DNA from: Microcystaceae cyanobacterium | GTDB lineage: Bacteria > Cyanobacteriota > Cyanobacteriia > Cyanobacteriales > Microcystaceae | Length of the DNA stretch: 64,000 nucleotides | Direction: 5' to 3' | Assembly: GCA_041746575.1 (NCBI GenBank) | Contig: JBGTGT010000011.1 | Span: 92,660 to 156,659 of the forward strand | In this document: piece by piece, positions 19,191-30,932 of the stretch | How positions within the stretch are numbered: the stretch's first letter is position 1 | Layout: the number at the start of each line of letters is the position of its first letter | Notes under the pieces: generated by a model | Database searches by the model: none | Told to the model about the DNA's origin: nothing | Seen by the model: the letters and a program-made list of their open reading frames with translations, nothing else | Translations under genes and position numbers: made by a program

Positions 19191-22145
19191 ATGCCTAACT
19201 TGGATATTGCCGCAAATCTTGACAGTACCACCTACCAAATAGCAGAATCCTTTAATAATATACTTTCACCTATGGATTCCTTTGCTCATCGCCATATCGG
19301 ACCTAATACGGATGAAATTGAGCAGATGCTCAAAATCTTAGGGGTTGCCACCTTAGATGATTTAATTGACAAAACCGTTCCAAGTGCTATTCGTCTACAA
19401 AATCCTTTAAATTTACCCCCTGCACAAAGCGAATATACTGCTTTATCCAAATTAAAATCTATTGCTTCTAAAAATAAAGTTTATCGTTCCTATATTGGCG
19501 CAGGGTACTATGATTGTATAACCCCTCCCGTTATTCTACGCAATATTTTAGAAAATCCAGGTTGGTACACCGCTTATACTCCTTATCAAGCAGAAATTGC
19601 TCAAGGTCGTCTTAAAGCTTTGCTTAACTTTCAAACGGTAATTATAGAGTTGACTGGCTTAGAAATTGCCAATGCGTCTCTCTTGGATGAAGGTACGGCG
19701 GCGGCAGAGGCGATGGCGATGAGTTATGGGCTGTGCAAGAATAAGGATGCTAACGCCTTTTTTGTTTCCTGTCACTGTCACCCCCAGACCATTGAAGTGA
19801 TTAAAACTCGTGCCTATCCTTTAGGTATTGAGGTAATTGTGGCAGACTATCGCTTATTTGAGTTTGATATACCTATATTCGGTGCATTATTACAATATCC
19901 TGCGACAGATGGAACTTTGTTTGATTATCGCACCTTTGTCGAAAATGCGCATAACAGGGGTGCATTGGTAACGGTTGCCGCAGATCCCTTAAGCTTGGCG
20001 ATTTTAACCCCTCCGGGGGAATTTGGGGCAGATATCGCCGTCGGCAGTACCCAACGCTTCGGTGTACCGATGGGATATGGGGGACCTCATGCGGCTTACT
20101 TCGCTACGAAAAAAGACTATCAACGGCAAATTCCGGGGCGAATTGTCGGCGTTTCTAAAGATAAAAATGGTAATCCTGCTTTACGCTTGGCATTACAAAC
20201 CCGTGAGCAACATATTCGACGAGATAAGGCAACCAGTAACATTTGTACGGCGCAGGTATTATTAGCGGTGATCGCATCAATGTATGCAGTGTATCATGGG
20301 GCTGAGGGAATTAAAAATATTGCTCAACGGGTACACCAATTAACCGTAATTTTAGCAGAAGGCTTAAAACGACTTAATTATTCTCTTAAATCTGAAGTTT
20401 TCTTCGATACTCTTCATATTGGAGTTGGCGAAGCCAGTGTTAGTGCGTTGATGCAAGCGGCACAACAACAGAAGATTAATCTACGCTTAATGGATAGGGG
20501 AGCAGTGGGAATAAGTCTAGATGAAACGACGACTATCGCCGACATTGTAGATTTATGGCAGATTTTCGCCGCAAAAGATGAACTACCTTTTACAGTAGAA
20601 GAAATCGCCAAAACCGCTAATTTTGACATTCCTATCTTCTTTAAGCGTACCAGTGCCTATTTAACTGCTCCCTTGTTTAACCAAAATCACTCAGAAACCG
20701 AATTACTCCGTTATTTGCATCAATTAGAAAGCAAAGATTTAGCCTTGAACACATCCATGATTCCGCTAGGGTCGTGTACCATGAAGTTGAATGCGACGGC
20801 TGAAATGATTCCCGTGACTTGGCCGGAATTTGGCAAATTGCATCCCTTTACACCGTTAGAGCAAGCAGAAGGCTACCAAATCTTATTTCAACAACTAGAA
20901 GCATGGTTAAGCGAGATTACAGGCTTTGAAGGTATTTCTCTTCAACCCAATGCCGGTTCTCAAGGGGAATATGCTGGATTGCAAGTGATTGCCAAATATC
21001 ACGAAAATCGAGGGGAAACTCAACGTAATGTCTGTTTAATTCCCGAATCTGCTCACGGAACGAATCCCGCTAGTGCGGTTATGTGTGGCATGAAGGTTAT
21101 TGCCGTAAAATGTGATACACAAGGAGATATTAACCTTGCCGACTTAAAGGCAAAAGCAGAGAAACACGCAGATAACTTAGCCGCCTTGATGGTGACGTAT
21201 CCTTCCACTCATGGCGTATTTGAAGAAGGAATTACAGAGATTTGTGACATTATTCATCAATATGGTGGACAAGTCTATATGGATGGAGCAAATATGAACG
21301 CACAAGTCGGTTTATGCCGTCCTGCTGACTTTGGCGCAGACGTTTGTCACTTGAATTTACATAAAACCTTCTGTATTCCCCACGGGGGAGGTGGCCCCGG
21401 TATGGGTCCGATTGGAGTAAAATCTCATCTAGTTCCCTTCTTACCCGATACTAACTTAATCTTATCTCAGTTATCTACCGAAAGCAACGGCAAACAGTTA
21501 GATACGATTGGTGCCATTTCTGCCGCACCTTGGGGAAGTGCCAGTATTTTGGTCATTTCTTGGATGTATATTGCCATGATGGGAGCGGAAGGGTTAACCG
21601 ATGCGACTAAGGTGGCGATATTAAATGCAAACTACATTGCTAAGCGATTAGAACCCTATTATCCTGTTTTATTCAAGGGTAGCAACGATTTTGTCGCTCA
21701 TGAATGTATTATTGATTTACGTCCCCTCAAAAAGCGCGCTGGGGTAGAGGTAGAAGACGTCGCTAAGCGATTGATGGACTTCGGTTTCCATGCACCGACG
21801 GTATCTTGGCCGGTTATTGGTACAGTGATGATAGAACCGACCGAAAGCGAATCTCAAGCCGAATTAGATCGTTTTTGTGAGGCGATGATTGCCATTTACC
21901 AAGAGGGAGAAGCAATAGGAAAAGGCGAAATTGATGCAACGAATAACCCTTTGAAAAATGCACCTCATACCGCACAAAGTGTCGTCTGTGGAGAGTGGAA
22001 TCATCCCTATTCTCGCGAACAGGCGGCCTATCCTGCGTCATGGACAAAGGAACATAAATTCTGGCCGGTTGTAGGACGAATTGATAATGCTTATGGAGAC
22101 AGAAATTTAATTTGTTCTTGCGAAGGAATGGAGGCTTATCAGTAA
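19191..22145 (+). CDS. gcvP: Glycine dehydrogenase (decarboxylating), P protein
   Basis: [59 protein letters not shown]. Confidence 0.97.
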   Translation: MPNLDIAANLDSTTYQIAESFNNILSPMDSFAHRHIGPNTDEIEQMLKILGVATLDDLIDKTVPSAIRLQNPLNLPPAQSEYTALSKLKSIASKNKVYRSYIGAGYYDCITPPVILRNILENPGWYTAYTPYQAEIAQGRLKALLNFQTVIIELTGLEIANASLLDEGTAAAEAMAMSYGLCKNKDANAFFVSCHCHPQTIEVIKTRAYPLGIEVIVADYRLFEFDIPIFGALLQYPATDGTLFDYRTFVENAHNRGALVTVAADPLSLAILTPPGEFGADIAVGSTQRFGVPMGYGGPHAAYFATKKDYQRQIPGRIVGVSKDKNGNPALRLALQTREQHIRRDKATSNICTAQVLLAVIASMYAVYHGAEGIKNIAQRVHQLTVILAEGLKRLNYSLKSEVFFDTLHIGVGEASVSALMQAAQQQKINLRLMDRGAVGISLDETTTIADIVDLWQIFAAKDELPFTVEEIAKTANFDIPIFFKRTSAYLTAPLFNQNHSETELLRYLHQLESKDLALNTSMIPLGSCTMKLNATAEMIPVTWPEFGKLHPFTPLEQAEGYQILFQQLEAWLSEITGFEGISLQPNAGSQGEYAGLQVIAKYHENRGETQRNVCLIPESAHGTNPASAVMCGMKVIAVKCDTQGDINLADLKAKAEKHADNLAALMVTYPSTHGVFEEGITEICDIIHQYGGQVYMDGANMNAQVGLCRPADFGADVCHLNLHKTFCIPHGGGGPGMGPIGVKSHLVPFLPDTNLILSQLSTESNGKQLDTIGAISAAPWGSASILVISWMYIAMMGAEGLTDATKVAILNANYIAKRLEPYYPVLFKGSNDFVAHECIIDLRPLKKRAGVEVEDVAKRLMDFGFHAPTVSWPVIGTVMIEPTESESQAELDRFCEAMIAIYQEGEAIGKGEIDATNNPLKNAPHTAQSVVCGEWNHPYSREQAAYPASWTKEHKFWPVVGRIDNAYGDRNLICSCEGMEAYQ

Positions 22146-22345
22146 AAATTAATTCATTTTGGGGTGGTTTTCATTACTCACCCTCTTTCTATTACTACAG
22201 CAAGATGAAATCCAAGCTTTAATTAATTACTATTAAAGAGACTGAACCCCGTGCAACGGGAGGACGAAAATAAGGGGGTTTACAAGAGCGGATTTAGTAT
22301 TAAATATTTAGATAACTGAGTCAAATTCATCAAAACTAATCTTGG

Positions 22346-23158
22346 TTGAAGGTTGGCACTAACAAGAAGAATAATAAGGAGAATAACTTGATAAACCATT
22401 CATTTTTGTTTTACAGTATTACGTTTTTTGGAATTATTTTGGCACGATATTTTTTGGTAGCAGGGGGAACTTATTTGTTCTTCTATTCGCTCTTTAGCCA
22501 GTCTTTTGCTAATCCTAATCTCCCCCATCACTCTCCCTCACGGCGAGCCATTCAACGTGATATTAAACTCTCCGTTCTCTCAGCAGTAATATTCGCATTG
22601 GCAGGGGAATTTATCTTGTCAGCCTACAGTAGAGGCATGACTCGTTTATACCATCAATCTGACCTCTATGGACTGTGGTATTTAGGGATTAGTTATGGCG
22701 CAGTCTTAATTCTTCAAGATACTTATTTCTATTTTACCCACCGCTGGTTTCACCATCCGTCCCTCTTTCGATGGTTGCATCAAGGGCATCATCAATCCCG
22801 TTATCCCACCCCTTGGACTTCTTTTGCTTTTGATCCCTCGGAGGCGATTGTTCAGTCTCTTTTTCTGGTAGGTATTGTCTTTATTCTTCCTTTGCACTTC
22901 ATCACATTAATCGCGGTACTGATAACGATGACCGTTTGGGCTGTATTAAATCATCTAGGGATTGATCGTTTGCCCCTTTCATTTCCTCATCATTGGCTTG
23001 GTCGGTGGTTTATTGGTCCGGCTCATCATTCGATTCATCATATTAATTATACTGTACATTATGGTCTATATTTTACGTTTTGGGACCGACTGCTTGGCAC
23101 CCAACATCCTAGCTACAAAAAGCAGTTCTCAGATTCAACTCATTCAACAACAACCTAA
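22346..23158 (+). CDS. Sterol desaturase / fatty-acid hydroxylase family (start probably TTG 22388)
   Basis: His boxes YFTHRWFH, HQGHH, LNHLG, HHSIHH, YGLYFTFWD. Confidence 0.85.
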   Translation: MKVGTNKKNNKENNLINHSFLFYSITFFGIILARYFLVAGGTYLFFYSLFSQSFANPNLPHHSPSRRAIQRDIKLSVLSAVIFALAGEFILSAYSRGMTRLYHQSDLYGLWYLGISYGAVLILQDTYFYFTHRWFHHPSLFRWLHQGHHQSRYPTPWTSFAFDPSEAIVQSLFLVGIVFILPLHFITLIAVLITMTVWAVLNHLGIDRLPLSFPHHWLGRWFIGPAHHSIHHINYTVHYGLYFTFWDRLLGTQHPSYKKQFSDSTHSTTT

Positions 23159-23306
23159 CTTGCTTATTGTTTAAGCCAAAATCAAAATAGATTAACTATC
23201 TTTTTAACCTTACATTTTAAACTTAGATAAAAAACCTTTTGCCATAATATTTCCTCTTAACTGAGAGAACGAAAATAATTTTAATAGTCGGAATCATTTT
23301 GCTTTT

Positions 23307-24338
23307 TCAATTCATCATTGAAATAAAGTCTAGCACGCGATTCCATGCCCACCAGCGATCGCTATCGGTTTCTCCCTGTTTGCTAATATAACCCACATGA
23401 CCCCCATGTTGCGTTAGACCCAGCGTAATTTTAGGGTTTTTTTGGCAAGCTGATTTCAAATCTGGGATAATACTCGGATCAAATAGGGGATCATCACTAG
23501 CATATAAAATTAAAGTGGGTTTATTCAATTTACTCAGAAAAAGTAACGGACTACTGGCGGTGTAATAATCGTTAACGGTCGCAAATCCTAAGCAAGGAAT
23601 CACCAATTCCCGATCAAAACCCATAATACTCTCTGCCCGTTCAATGGCGGCCGAATCGAACTGATTAGGGTGATATTTCTGCAATTGCCACGCTAATTTC
23701 TTTAATTCCTTAGCGATGGATTGTTCAACGTATCTCCCTAAAGGGTGGTGCATTAAACGAGTTAGAGAGCGGTTTGCATCCAAATTAGGACAAATAACTG
23801 TACATCCACCTATATCTTCCCATTTTAATCCTTTATAATCCGGTTTATCTCGTAAATTGATCACTTCTCGTCCTCCCCATAAGGCGAGTTGCCCCCCCAA
23901 AGAATAACCCGTAAACCAAAAAGGAGCAGGATAGCCTAGTCTTTTGGCAATAGCCGCAATTTCAAGAAAATCTTGCCCTTCATAGATCCCATCTGAGGTT
24001 AAAACAGGAGATAATTCCGCCGTTTTGCCATGGCCACGCCAATCAAACAAAATAACAGCATATCCTCGTCCATAAGCCTTCCGTCCTAAAAGGGAGAGAA
24101 ACCATTGATTTGCCAGATTCCCCGTAATGCCATAGGTTCCGATAATTGTTCCTTTCGGTTGGCGAGGACAAGCCATGATTCCCCACAGCGGAATCGCTCC
24201 TTCAAAAATATGGGATTGATAAGGAGGTCTTGGACAAGAAATAGTGGTTTCCCAATGCTTACTGGCTACCCATACGGTATAAAGCGTCATTAAATAGCCA
24301 TTTTTCAACCAAAAAGGTGGATTAAAATTGGAAAACAT
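23307..24338 (-). CDS. Alpha/beta hydrolase, YheT family
   Basis: FNPPFWLKNG, DWRGHG, GYSLGG, DDPL, GGHVGY. Confidence 0.88.
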   Translation of the reverse strand: MFSNFNPPFWLKNGYLMTLYTVWVASKHWETTISCPRPPYQSHIFEGAIPLWGIMACPRQPKGTIIGTYGITGNLANQWFLSLLGRKAYGRGYAVILFDWRGHGKTAELSPVLTSDGIYEGQDFLEIAAIAKRLGYPAPFWFTGYSLGGQLALWGGREVINLRDKPDYKGLKWEDIGGCTVICPNLDANRSLTRLMHHPLGRYVEQSIAKELKKLAWQLQKYHPNQFDSAAIERAESIMGFDRELVIPCLGFATVNDYYTASSPLLFLSKLNKPTLILYASDDPLFDPSIIPDLKSACQKNPKITLGLTQHGGHVGYISKQGETDSDRWWAWNRVLDFISMMN

Positions 24339-24357
24339 GGATAGCAGGGCTTGATTA

Positions 24358-24513
24358 TTTACATTTCTTTACAGTCATTATGTCAGAAAGTCCTAATTTT
24401 TGAGAAAATATTCAATTAAATTAACCCTTACTTCGCAATCATGCTTATAATCGGTACAGTAATCTTTATATTTCCCCTACAGTTCTTAGTGAACTGTTAC
24501 AAAACGTTATAAA
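24358..24513 (+). promoter_or_regulatory. Two HLR1 (RpaB-type) direct-repeat sites upstream of rpaA
   Basis: TTTACATT-TC-TTTACAGT (24358-24375) and GTTACAAA-AC-GTTATAAA (24496-24513), each one mismatch from KTTACAWW-N2-KTTACAWW. Confidence 0.55.
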
Positions 24514-24528
24514 TCTACCCCCTTACCG

Positions 24529-25278
24529 ATGCCTCGAATACTCGTAATTGATGACGACCCCGCCATTGCTGAATTAGTCTCCATTAACTTGGAGATGGCC
24601 GGATACGATGTCAATCAAGCTGAAGATGGTATTAAAGGCCAAGCCTTAGCCGTTCAGCTACAACCGGATTTAATCATGCTGGATCTAATGTTACCGAAAG
24701 TAGATGGATTTACCGTCTGCCAACGCCTGCGACGGGATGAACGGACAGCCGATATTCCGGTCTTGATGCTAACGGCTTTAGGACAAACCCACGATAAAGT
24801 CGAAGGATTCAATGCTGGGGCAGATGACTACCTCACCAAACCCTTTGATGTAGAAGAAATGTTAGCGAGGGTGCGTGCCTTGTTGCGTCGGACAGATCGC
24901 ATTCCTCAAGCGGCCAAACATTCAGAAATCCTCAATTACGGACATCTAACCCTTGTTCCTGAGCGATTTGAAGCAATTTGGTTTGAAAAGACCGTTAAGC
25001 TAACTCACCTCGAATTTGAGTTATTGCATTGTCTGCTGCAACGTCATGGTCAAACGGTATCACCGAGTGAAATTCTTAAAGAAGTCTGGGGATACGACCC
25101 TGATGATGACATTGAGACGATTCGGGTACATATTCGCCATCTTAGAACCAAATTGGAGCCAGATCCTCGCCATCCTCGCTATATCAAAACCGTTTATGGG
25201 GCGGGTTACTGTTTAGAATTGCCTTCTGCTGAACAAAGTCAATTCGATGCGAACGAACCCATTGCAGAAGGAGCCTAA
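24529..25278 (+). CDS. rpaA: Circadian output response regulator RpaA (OmpR family)
   Basis: [42 protein letters not shown] and [14 protein letters not shown] are characteristic of RpaA. Confidence 0.93.
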   Translation: MPRILVIDDDPAIAELVSINLEMAGYDVNQAEDGIKGQALAVQLQPDLIMLDLMLPKVDGFTVCQRLRRDERTADIPVLMLTALGQTHDKVEGFNAGADDYLTKPFDVEEMLARVRALLRRTDRIPQAAKHSEILNYGHLTLVPERFEAIWFEKTVKLTHLEFELLHCLLQRHGQTVSPSEILKEVWGYDPDDDIETIRVHIRHLRTKLEPDPRHPRYIKTVYGAGYCLELPSAEQSQFDANEPIAEGA

Positions 25279-25448
25279 GTAAGGTTTTAAGTAAGGTTTG
25301 TTGCAAAAAAGTCTTTAGTTAAAGAGAGAGACTAGAAAATGAGCAATAGGCAAGGATTTTAACCGTTTCAGTTGCTTAATTCTTCTCATCACGAGAATAA
25401 ACCCCAAAATACTCTCCTCATTCAGCAACTCGATACACAACCGTTTAA

Positions 25449-26627
25449 TTATTGGGCATAGTGGTAGAGTAACCAACCGCCTACCCCTAAACCCAACATG
25501 ATCGGTAGCCAGCCCGCCATCATCGGCGTTAAAAAGCCAATCATCCCTAAACTGCCAATAAAAAAGGACAAAAGATAGTAACCAAAAATGAGGACAATGC
25601 ACAGTCCGAAACTGGTAGCACGACTGAAAGCTTGGGGACCTGCCCCTAAAACGGCCCCTCCTAAACCGAAAACAAAACAAATGAAAGGAAAAGATAACTT
25701 TTGTTGAGTTCTAACCTGAAAAATAACCAATTTTTTTTCGTCACCACTGAGTTTCAACAGTTTCATGTATTTTTGTGCTTGTATAATATTCATTTCATAG
25801 GGATCTCGTCCCTGTAGGGCAAATTCAAAGGGGGTTTTCGGTAAAGGTAACTGACGATGTTCAAAGGCATCCGCTTCACTGTAGGACGCATCCGGCGCAA
25901 TTTCATAAATCGTTCCCCGAAAAAAGTCCCAAGTGTCTTTTTGGGCGTTCCAAGTGGCGGCATCGGAAATCACGATTTTTTCTAAACCCTGTCCTAACCA
26001 TTGCAAGACGGTTAACGTTTTCATCGTTTGACCATCAAATTTTTCGGCATAAAAAAGACTTTTTAAACGTCTGATGGTTTCCCCACTGGGTAGGGTAACT
26101 TCTTCGTAATCAGGATAAAAAATGTCCTTTGTTTGCCAAAAAGGATGGTCTTCATTGAGAGATTGCACCAAAATCTCAGTGGCTCTGTAATTAGCTTCGG
26201 GAACAACGCATTCGTTGAAAGCAAAGGTAAGACCTGTCACCACCAGACTTAACAGGAGTCCGGGTATCACCAAGCGATAAAGACTAATGCCACAGCTTTT
26301 CATGGCGACTAATTCAGAGTCATGGCCTAAACGACCATAGGTCATTAAAGTTGCTAATAAAACCGAGACAGGTAAAGCATAAGCCACAAATTCTGGCACT
26401 TTTAGCAATAAAATCTCTGCCGCCTCGATTAAAGGAAGATTGGATTCCACCATCTTGTTCGCTAAATCCGACAAATAACCGATCGCTACCCCTAAAGAGG
26501 CAAAAATGCCTACACTTAGCCCAAAAGGGGGAATTAACTCCGTCAAAATGTAGCGGTCAAGCAAAGATAATCTTAGACCTTCTTTTCCTAATCTGATAGG
26601 TTGGCTCAACCGTTTAAAAAACTGCAT
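25449..26627 (-). CDS. LptF/LptG (YjgP/YjgQ) family permease
   Basis: LDRYILTEL, ALPVSVLLATLMTYGRLGHDSELVAMKSCGISLYRL; multi-TM layout. Confidence 0.9.
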   Translation of the reverse strand: MQFFKRLSQPIRLGKEGLRLSLLDRYILTELIPPFGLSVGIFASLGVAIGYLSDLANKMVESNLPLIEAAEILLLKVPEFVAYALPVSVLLATLMTYGRLGHDSELVAMKSCGISLYRLVIPGLLLSLVVTGLTFAFNECVVPEANYRATEILVQSLNEDHPFWQTKDIFYPDYEEVTLPSGETIRRLKSLFYAEKFDGQTMKTLTVLQWLGQGLEKIVISDAATWNAQKDTWDFFRGTIYEIAPDASYSEADAFEHRQLPLPKTPFEFALQGRDPYEMNIIQAQKYMKLLKLSGDEKKLVIFQVRTQQKLSFPFICFVFGLGGAVLGAGPQAFSRATSFGLCIVLIFGYYLLSFFIGSLGMIGFLTPMMAGWLPIMLGLGVGGWLLYHYAQ

Positions 26628-26719
26628 CGACGAATGACCGAAATTGGCACTAGGAATGATGATACCAAATGGAGAGACGAGAGAGACGAGAAAGAGGAGA
26701 AGAACAGAATGAAAACGTT

Positions 26720-27856
26720 TCAGGTTAAGGAGTCAAAGCCATAAAACGCAAATACATCGGGCATCATTTCATAGAGACGTTCTCGACTTAAGCCAAATTG
26801 TTCGGGGGAATAGTGATGAGTGCTTTGATAGGGTTTCTGGGTGATTTGCTTCAGTTGGTGTTGAACTTTTGGACTCATTGTCAAGTTAAATTGAGCATAA
26901 ATCTTTTCGATTGTCTGATAGGGATCACCCATTAATTCTTCATAGCGAATTTCGATGAGTTGACTTTGCTTATGTTGATCCATTTCCTGAAAAATCTGTA
27001 TTCGCCGCCGATAGTATTCCGCATAAAGTTGGGCAAGGGATTCATGAACATGGGGCTGATTTCGGATTTGAGGACAAAATTTTTGCCAAGGCACAGCATA
27101 CATACTTAATAAAGATGGAATTGCTTCATAAGGATGACGAATAATGTGAATCACTCGCATATCCGGCAGTGTCTCCAACATTGAAGTCAGTCGTCCCGTT
27201 AAAGTCGTATTTTTAATGAGTAACGTTTTATGCGTTCCTGTTGCATATAGATGACGCTTCAAAAAATCTTGATAGTAAGTCATTAATTGATCACGCGTTT
27301 CTTGAGGCGATTGATCGACCCAAGTGGCAGTCGGTAATTGATGGGGAAAAGGAAATAAAAGGGTGATCACTGGGGTTAATAACGACCAGACAAAAACGGT
27401 TTCATCTTCTTCGTATCCATTTAATTGGGTATTATGAATGCTCTGCCAACCGCCAAAGCTTCTTTTATCAAGCCATTCTAACCAACGATTCCAACGATTC
27501 CTATGGCGACTGGTTAACCTTTTAATGGTTTCAAAACATCGATAAAAACTAATTGCTGGAAAAATGGTTTGGTATAGTTTTGTACTGCTAAATTGTGGAT
27601 CGTTAGCCAATAAATGATGAAGAAAGGTTGTGCCACTTCGAGGATTACCTGTAATTAAAATAGGCTTAGTAATCGGTTGTTTCTGGTAGTAAGGATAAAA
27701 AACTTTATCAGAAAATTGTCCTAAAGAAACAAAGGATCGGGCGAAAAAATAGAGGCTTATGAACAGAGTGACATAAGCGATATGAAGCGGATGAGCATTT
27801 TTAGATAAGTACGTTTTTTGTAAAAGTTGATAGAGGGTTTGATGATCAAAATACAT
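26720..27856 (-). CDS. PAPS-dependent sulfotransferase
   Basis: PILITGNPRSGTTFLH (5'-PSB), IHIIRHPYEAIPS (3'-PB), IRYEEL. Confidence 0.88.
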   Translation of the reverse strand: MYFDHQTLYQLLQKTYLSKNAHPLHIAYVTLFISLYFFARSFVSLGQFSDKVFYPYYQKQPITKPILITGNPRSGTTFLHHLLANDPQFSSTKLYQTIFPAISFYRCFETIKRLTSRHRNRWNRWLEWLDKRSFGGWQSIHNTQLNGYEEDETVFVWSLLTPVITLLFPFPHQLPTATWVDQSPQETRDQLMTYYQDFLKRHLYATGTHKTLLIKNTTLTGRLTSMLETLPDMRVIHIIRHPYEAIPSLLSMYAVPWQKFCPQIRNQPHVHESLAQLYAEYYRRRIQIFQEMDQHKQSQLIEIRYEELMGDPYQTIEKIYAQFNLTMSPKVQHQLKQITQKPYQSTHHYSPEQFGLSRERLYEMMPDVFAFYGFDSLT

Positions 27857-27879
27857 GGCACAAAAAAATTGAGGCAGTT

Positions 27880-28317
27880 TTAGTATTTAGACGTTTTTTT
27901 AAAAACAATGTAATTGCTAATCAAGTAATTAATCATTGTTCCAATTAACATTCCAATAAAGGTATTGACAATGTAATTAACTGCCAACCTATCTAAAAGG
28001 GGAAAAATAATGAAACTACGGGCTACGAGTGCTGCTCCCCCTGCTAAATGATACAAGGGAAGTTGCTGAAAGAAAATTTTTCGTAATGATAATTGTCCTC
28101 CTTGCCATATCCAAGTGCGATAAATAAAAAAACTAACGATTAATCCCGCTTCAATGGCTATAATATTGGCAAAATTGCGCAAAATTGGCGTATCGAACCC
28201 TAATTTTTCCACCAGATAAGCCATTAAAACGAAGTTAACTGCCGCCGCTACAATGCCACCCATCAGAAATTTAATGACTTTAGGGCTAACCATCGATTTT
28301 TGTATCAGTCTCCTCAT
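27880..28317 (-). CDS. GtrA-family membrane protein
   Basis: IKFLMGGIVAAAVN...ANIIAIE...NYLISNYIVF. Confidence 0.8.
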   Translation of the reverse strand: MRRLIQKSMVSPKVIKFLMGGIVAAAVNFVLMAYLVEKLGFDTPILRNFANIIAIEAGLIVSFFIYRTWIWQGGQLSLRKIFFQQLPLYHLAGGAALVARSFIIFPLLDRLAVNYIVNTFIGMLIGTMINYLISNYIVFKKTSKY

Positions 28318-28476
28318 TTTGGGTTTTATAGGTTTAATTCGTCTAATATAAATTAAAATTTGCCAAAACAGTAACAGTGATAACCTCGCTTCGTCAGGGC
28401 GAATCTTGACAATCGATACAGTAATCTTATATTAAGAACTGTAAACTAGATGGGTGCGATCGCTTAAGGATTAACC

Positions 28477-29826
28477 ATGTCTGAATCTAAAACCCCTCAA
28501 GTTGTTATTATCGGTGGAGGATTTGCGGGATTATATGCCGCTAAAGCCCTCAAAAATTCCCCTGTTCAAGTCACCTTGACTGATAAACGCAATTTTCATC
28601 TATTTCAGCCCCTCCTTTACCAAGTAGCCACAGGAGCTTTGTCTCCGGCGGATATTTCTTCTCCCCTCCGTCTTGTGTTACGCGGTCACGATAATACTCA
28701 AGTTCTACTCGATGAGGTGATTGATATTGATCCCAACCTTCAACAGGTCATTCTCAAAGGCCATGCTCCCCTTACCTATGACTTTCTGGTGGTGGCGACA
28801 GGGGTGAGTCATCACTATTTCGGTAATGATCAATGGGCAAATTTTGCTCCCGGTCTAAAAACGATTGAAGATGCCCTTGAAATTCGTCGTCGTATCTTTA
28901 TGGCCTTTGAATCTGCTGAAAAAGAAACCAACCCAGCTAAACGCCAAGCCTGGTTAACCTTCGTTATTGTCGGAGGAGGACCGACGGGGGTTGAACTCGC
29001 TGGAGCGATCGCAGAAATTGCTCACAGTTCTTTACAAGGGGATTTTCGGCAAATTAACACGACTGAAGCCCAAATTATTCTACTGGAGGGCATGGATAGG
29101 GTTTTACCTCCTTACAAACCCGAATTATCAGCAAAAGCCCAAGAGGACTTAGAGCATTTAGGGGTCACTGTACAAACCAACAGCTTAGTGACGAATATTG
29201 ACAACCACATTGTCACCGTTAAGCAAGGGGAAACCACTCAGCAAATTTTCGCTCGAACAATTCTATGGGCGGCAGGGGTTAAAGCTTCAAAAATGGGTCA
29301 AGTTTTAGCGAATCGTACAGAGGCAACTTTAGATCGCTCGGGACGGGTCATGGTTGAGCCAGACTTAAGTTTACCGCATTATCCGAATATTTTTGTGATC
29401 GGGGATTTGTCCCATTTTTCTCATCACGGCGATCGCCCTTTACCCGGTATTGCCCCAGTCGCGATACAGGAAGGGGAATACATTGCCCGTTGGTTGCCGA
29501 AAAAGATCGAAGGGGCTAAAATTCCGGCTTTCTCCTATATAGATCGGGGAAATTTGGCGGTTATTGGGCAAAATTCTGCCGTTGTTGACTTAGGGTTCGT
29601 GAAGTTAACGGGTTTTATTGCTTGGGTTGTTTGGGTTTGGGCGCATATCTATTATTTAATTGAATTTGACAATAAACTGGTGGTGATGGTGCAGTGGGGT
29701 TGGAATTACTTCACCAGAGGCCGAGGCGCGCGTCTGATCACAGGGGAAGGCATGATTCACGAGCCGACTGAAGAAGATCCCCACACCACAAATGCCACGC
29801 CTGTATCCTCAACCTCGAAACTATAA
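28477..29826 (+). CDS. Type II NADH dehydrogenase (NDH-2, NdbA-like)
   Basis: GGGFAGL, NFHLFQPLLYQVATG, GGGPTGVELAG, WAAGV, IFVIGD. Confidence 0.92.
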   Translation: MSESKTPQVVIIGGGFAGLYAAKALKNSPVQVTLTDKRNFHLFQPLLYQVATGALSPADISSPLRLVLRGHDNTQVLLDEVIDIDPNLQQVILKGHAPLTYDFLVVATGVSHHYFGNDQWANFAPGLKTIEDALEIRRRIFMAFESAEKETNPAKRQAWLTFVIVGGGPTGVELAGAIAEIAHSSLQGDFRQINTTEAQIILLEGMDRVLPPYKPELSAKAQEDLEHLGVTVQTNSLVTNIDNHIVTVKQGETTQQIFARTILWAAGVKASKMGQVLANRTEATLDRSGRVMVEPDLSLPHYPNIFVIGDLSHFSHHGDRPLPGIAPVAIQEGEYIARWLPKKIEGAKIPAFSYIDRGNLAVIGQNSAVVDLGFVKLTGFIAWVVWVWAHIYYLIEFDNKLVVMVQWGWNYFTRGRGARLITGEGMIHEPTEEDPHTTNATPVSSTSKL

Positions 29827-29843
29827 CGCTGATTGTAAATGGT

Positions 29844-30932
29844 TTACTGTTTAACACGGCTTAAAAAGCGACGAGAAAGAGGGATTATACCCAAAATTGC
29901 TATCCCCAAAAGACTGATGGGTGAGGTTGATTCGGGAACGGAAGTTTGTGTCGGATTAGGGGATGATTCATTCAGAAGAGATTCTACTGAATCCGCAATT
30001 CGTTGATGAACGGCCGTTGTAGGGTGGGCAGAATCCCACCAAGCAAAAGTCTCCTGAACCGATAAATCATCACTACAGCCTGGCTCAAACAAATCATTGG
30101 GCGCGGGAAAGGGGGAAATGGGATCGTAGAGGTTTATTTTAGTACATCCTTGAGTAATGTTGACCAATCCTGAGGCGACTGGATTGGCGAAAAGCTCCTC
30201 GTAAAATTGATAACTGTCAAACCCGATAAATTGAGTATTCGTATAGGACTTGCCTAATGCTTGAAGTTCTTGAGCTAATGATTGGTTATGAAGATCAATA
30301 ATATTGGTTAGATTCGCTTGGTTTTCGGGGGAACTACCGACGGCCAGAGGCGTTAAATTTAAGCTAGGTAAGTTAGGTACAATAATATGTCCTGCACCAG
30401 CATTAGCGAGGGTAGTTAAAGCTGATGATAAGTTACTAATCGTTGTGTCAACCAATTGTTTTTGGGCGAGAGAGTTACTAATATCCACGATAGGAGCCAG
30501 ATAATCATTAGCCCCCACCCATAATGTATAAAGCGCATTTGAATCTAACGTAATGGATTGACCCAACAAAGTCTGTCCATATTGAAAAGCACCAATTTGT
30601 TGTTGTAACCCGATGGGGATAAAGGAAACATTGCTATAATCTGTTCTCGCTCCTCCTACTGCATAATTAATCGTATTAGATATGCCTAAATTTTGGGCTA
30701 AATAATCTGTCCAAACTTTACCATTCGAGAATCTACCCGGCGCATAATAAGGATAATTCGGTAAAAGTCCCCTCGTAAACGTTAATGAATTATCTGTATC
30801 AGAAAGACTATCGCCAAAAACCACCATTTGACTAAACGTTGTTGCATTGACGGAGGGTGCGTAAAGTGGAGCTGTTCCTAGCGTTAAACCAAGGGTGACA
30901 ACAACGGTTGAGATTTTAGAGTTAAACATCAT
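29844..30932 (-). CDS. SGNH/GDSL hydrolase with PEP-CTERM sorting signal
   Basis: FGDSLSD, GRFSNG, GAND, WDSAHPT; C-terminal VPE + TM + RR. Confidence 0.9.
   Translation of the reverse strand: MMFNSKISTVVVTLGLTLGTAPLYAPSVNATTFSQMVVFGDSLSDTDNSLTFTRGLLPNYPYYAPGRFSNGKVWTDYLAQNLGISNTINYAVGGARTDYSNVSFIPIGLQQQIGAFQYGQTLLGQSITLDSNALYTLWVGANDYLAPIVDISNSLAQKQLVDTTISNLSSALTTLANAGAGHIIVPNLPSLNLTPLAVGSSPENQANLTNIIDLHNQSLAQELQALGKSYTNTQFIGFDSYQFYEELFANPVASGLVNITQGCTKINLYDPISPFPAPNDLFEPGCSDDLSVQETFAWWDSAHPTTAVHQRIADSVESLLNESSPNPTQTSVPESTSPISLLGIAILGIIPLSRRFLSRVKQ

Noticed and set aside
26670..26710. GAGAGACGA short tandem repeats between the sulfotransferase and lptF/G genes
   Set aside because: Ordinary low-complexity intergenic repeat of only 2-3 degenerate units.
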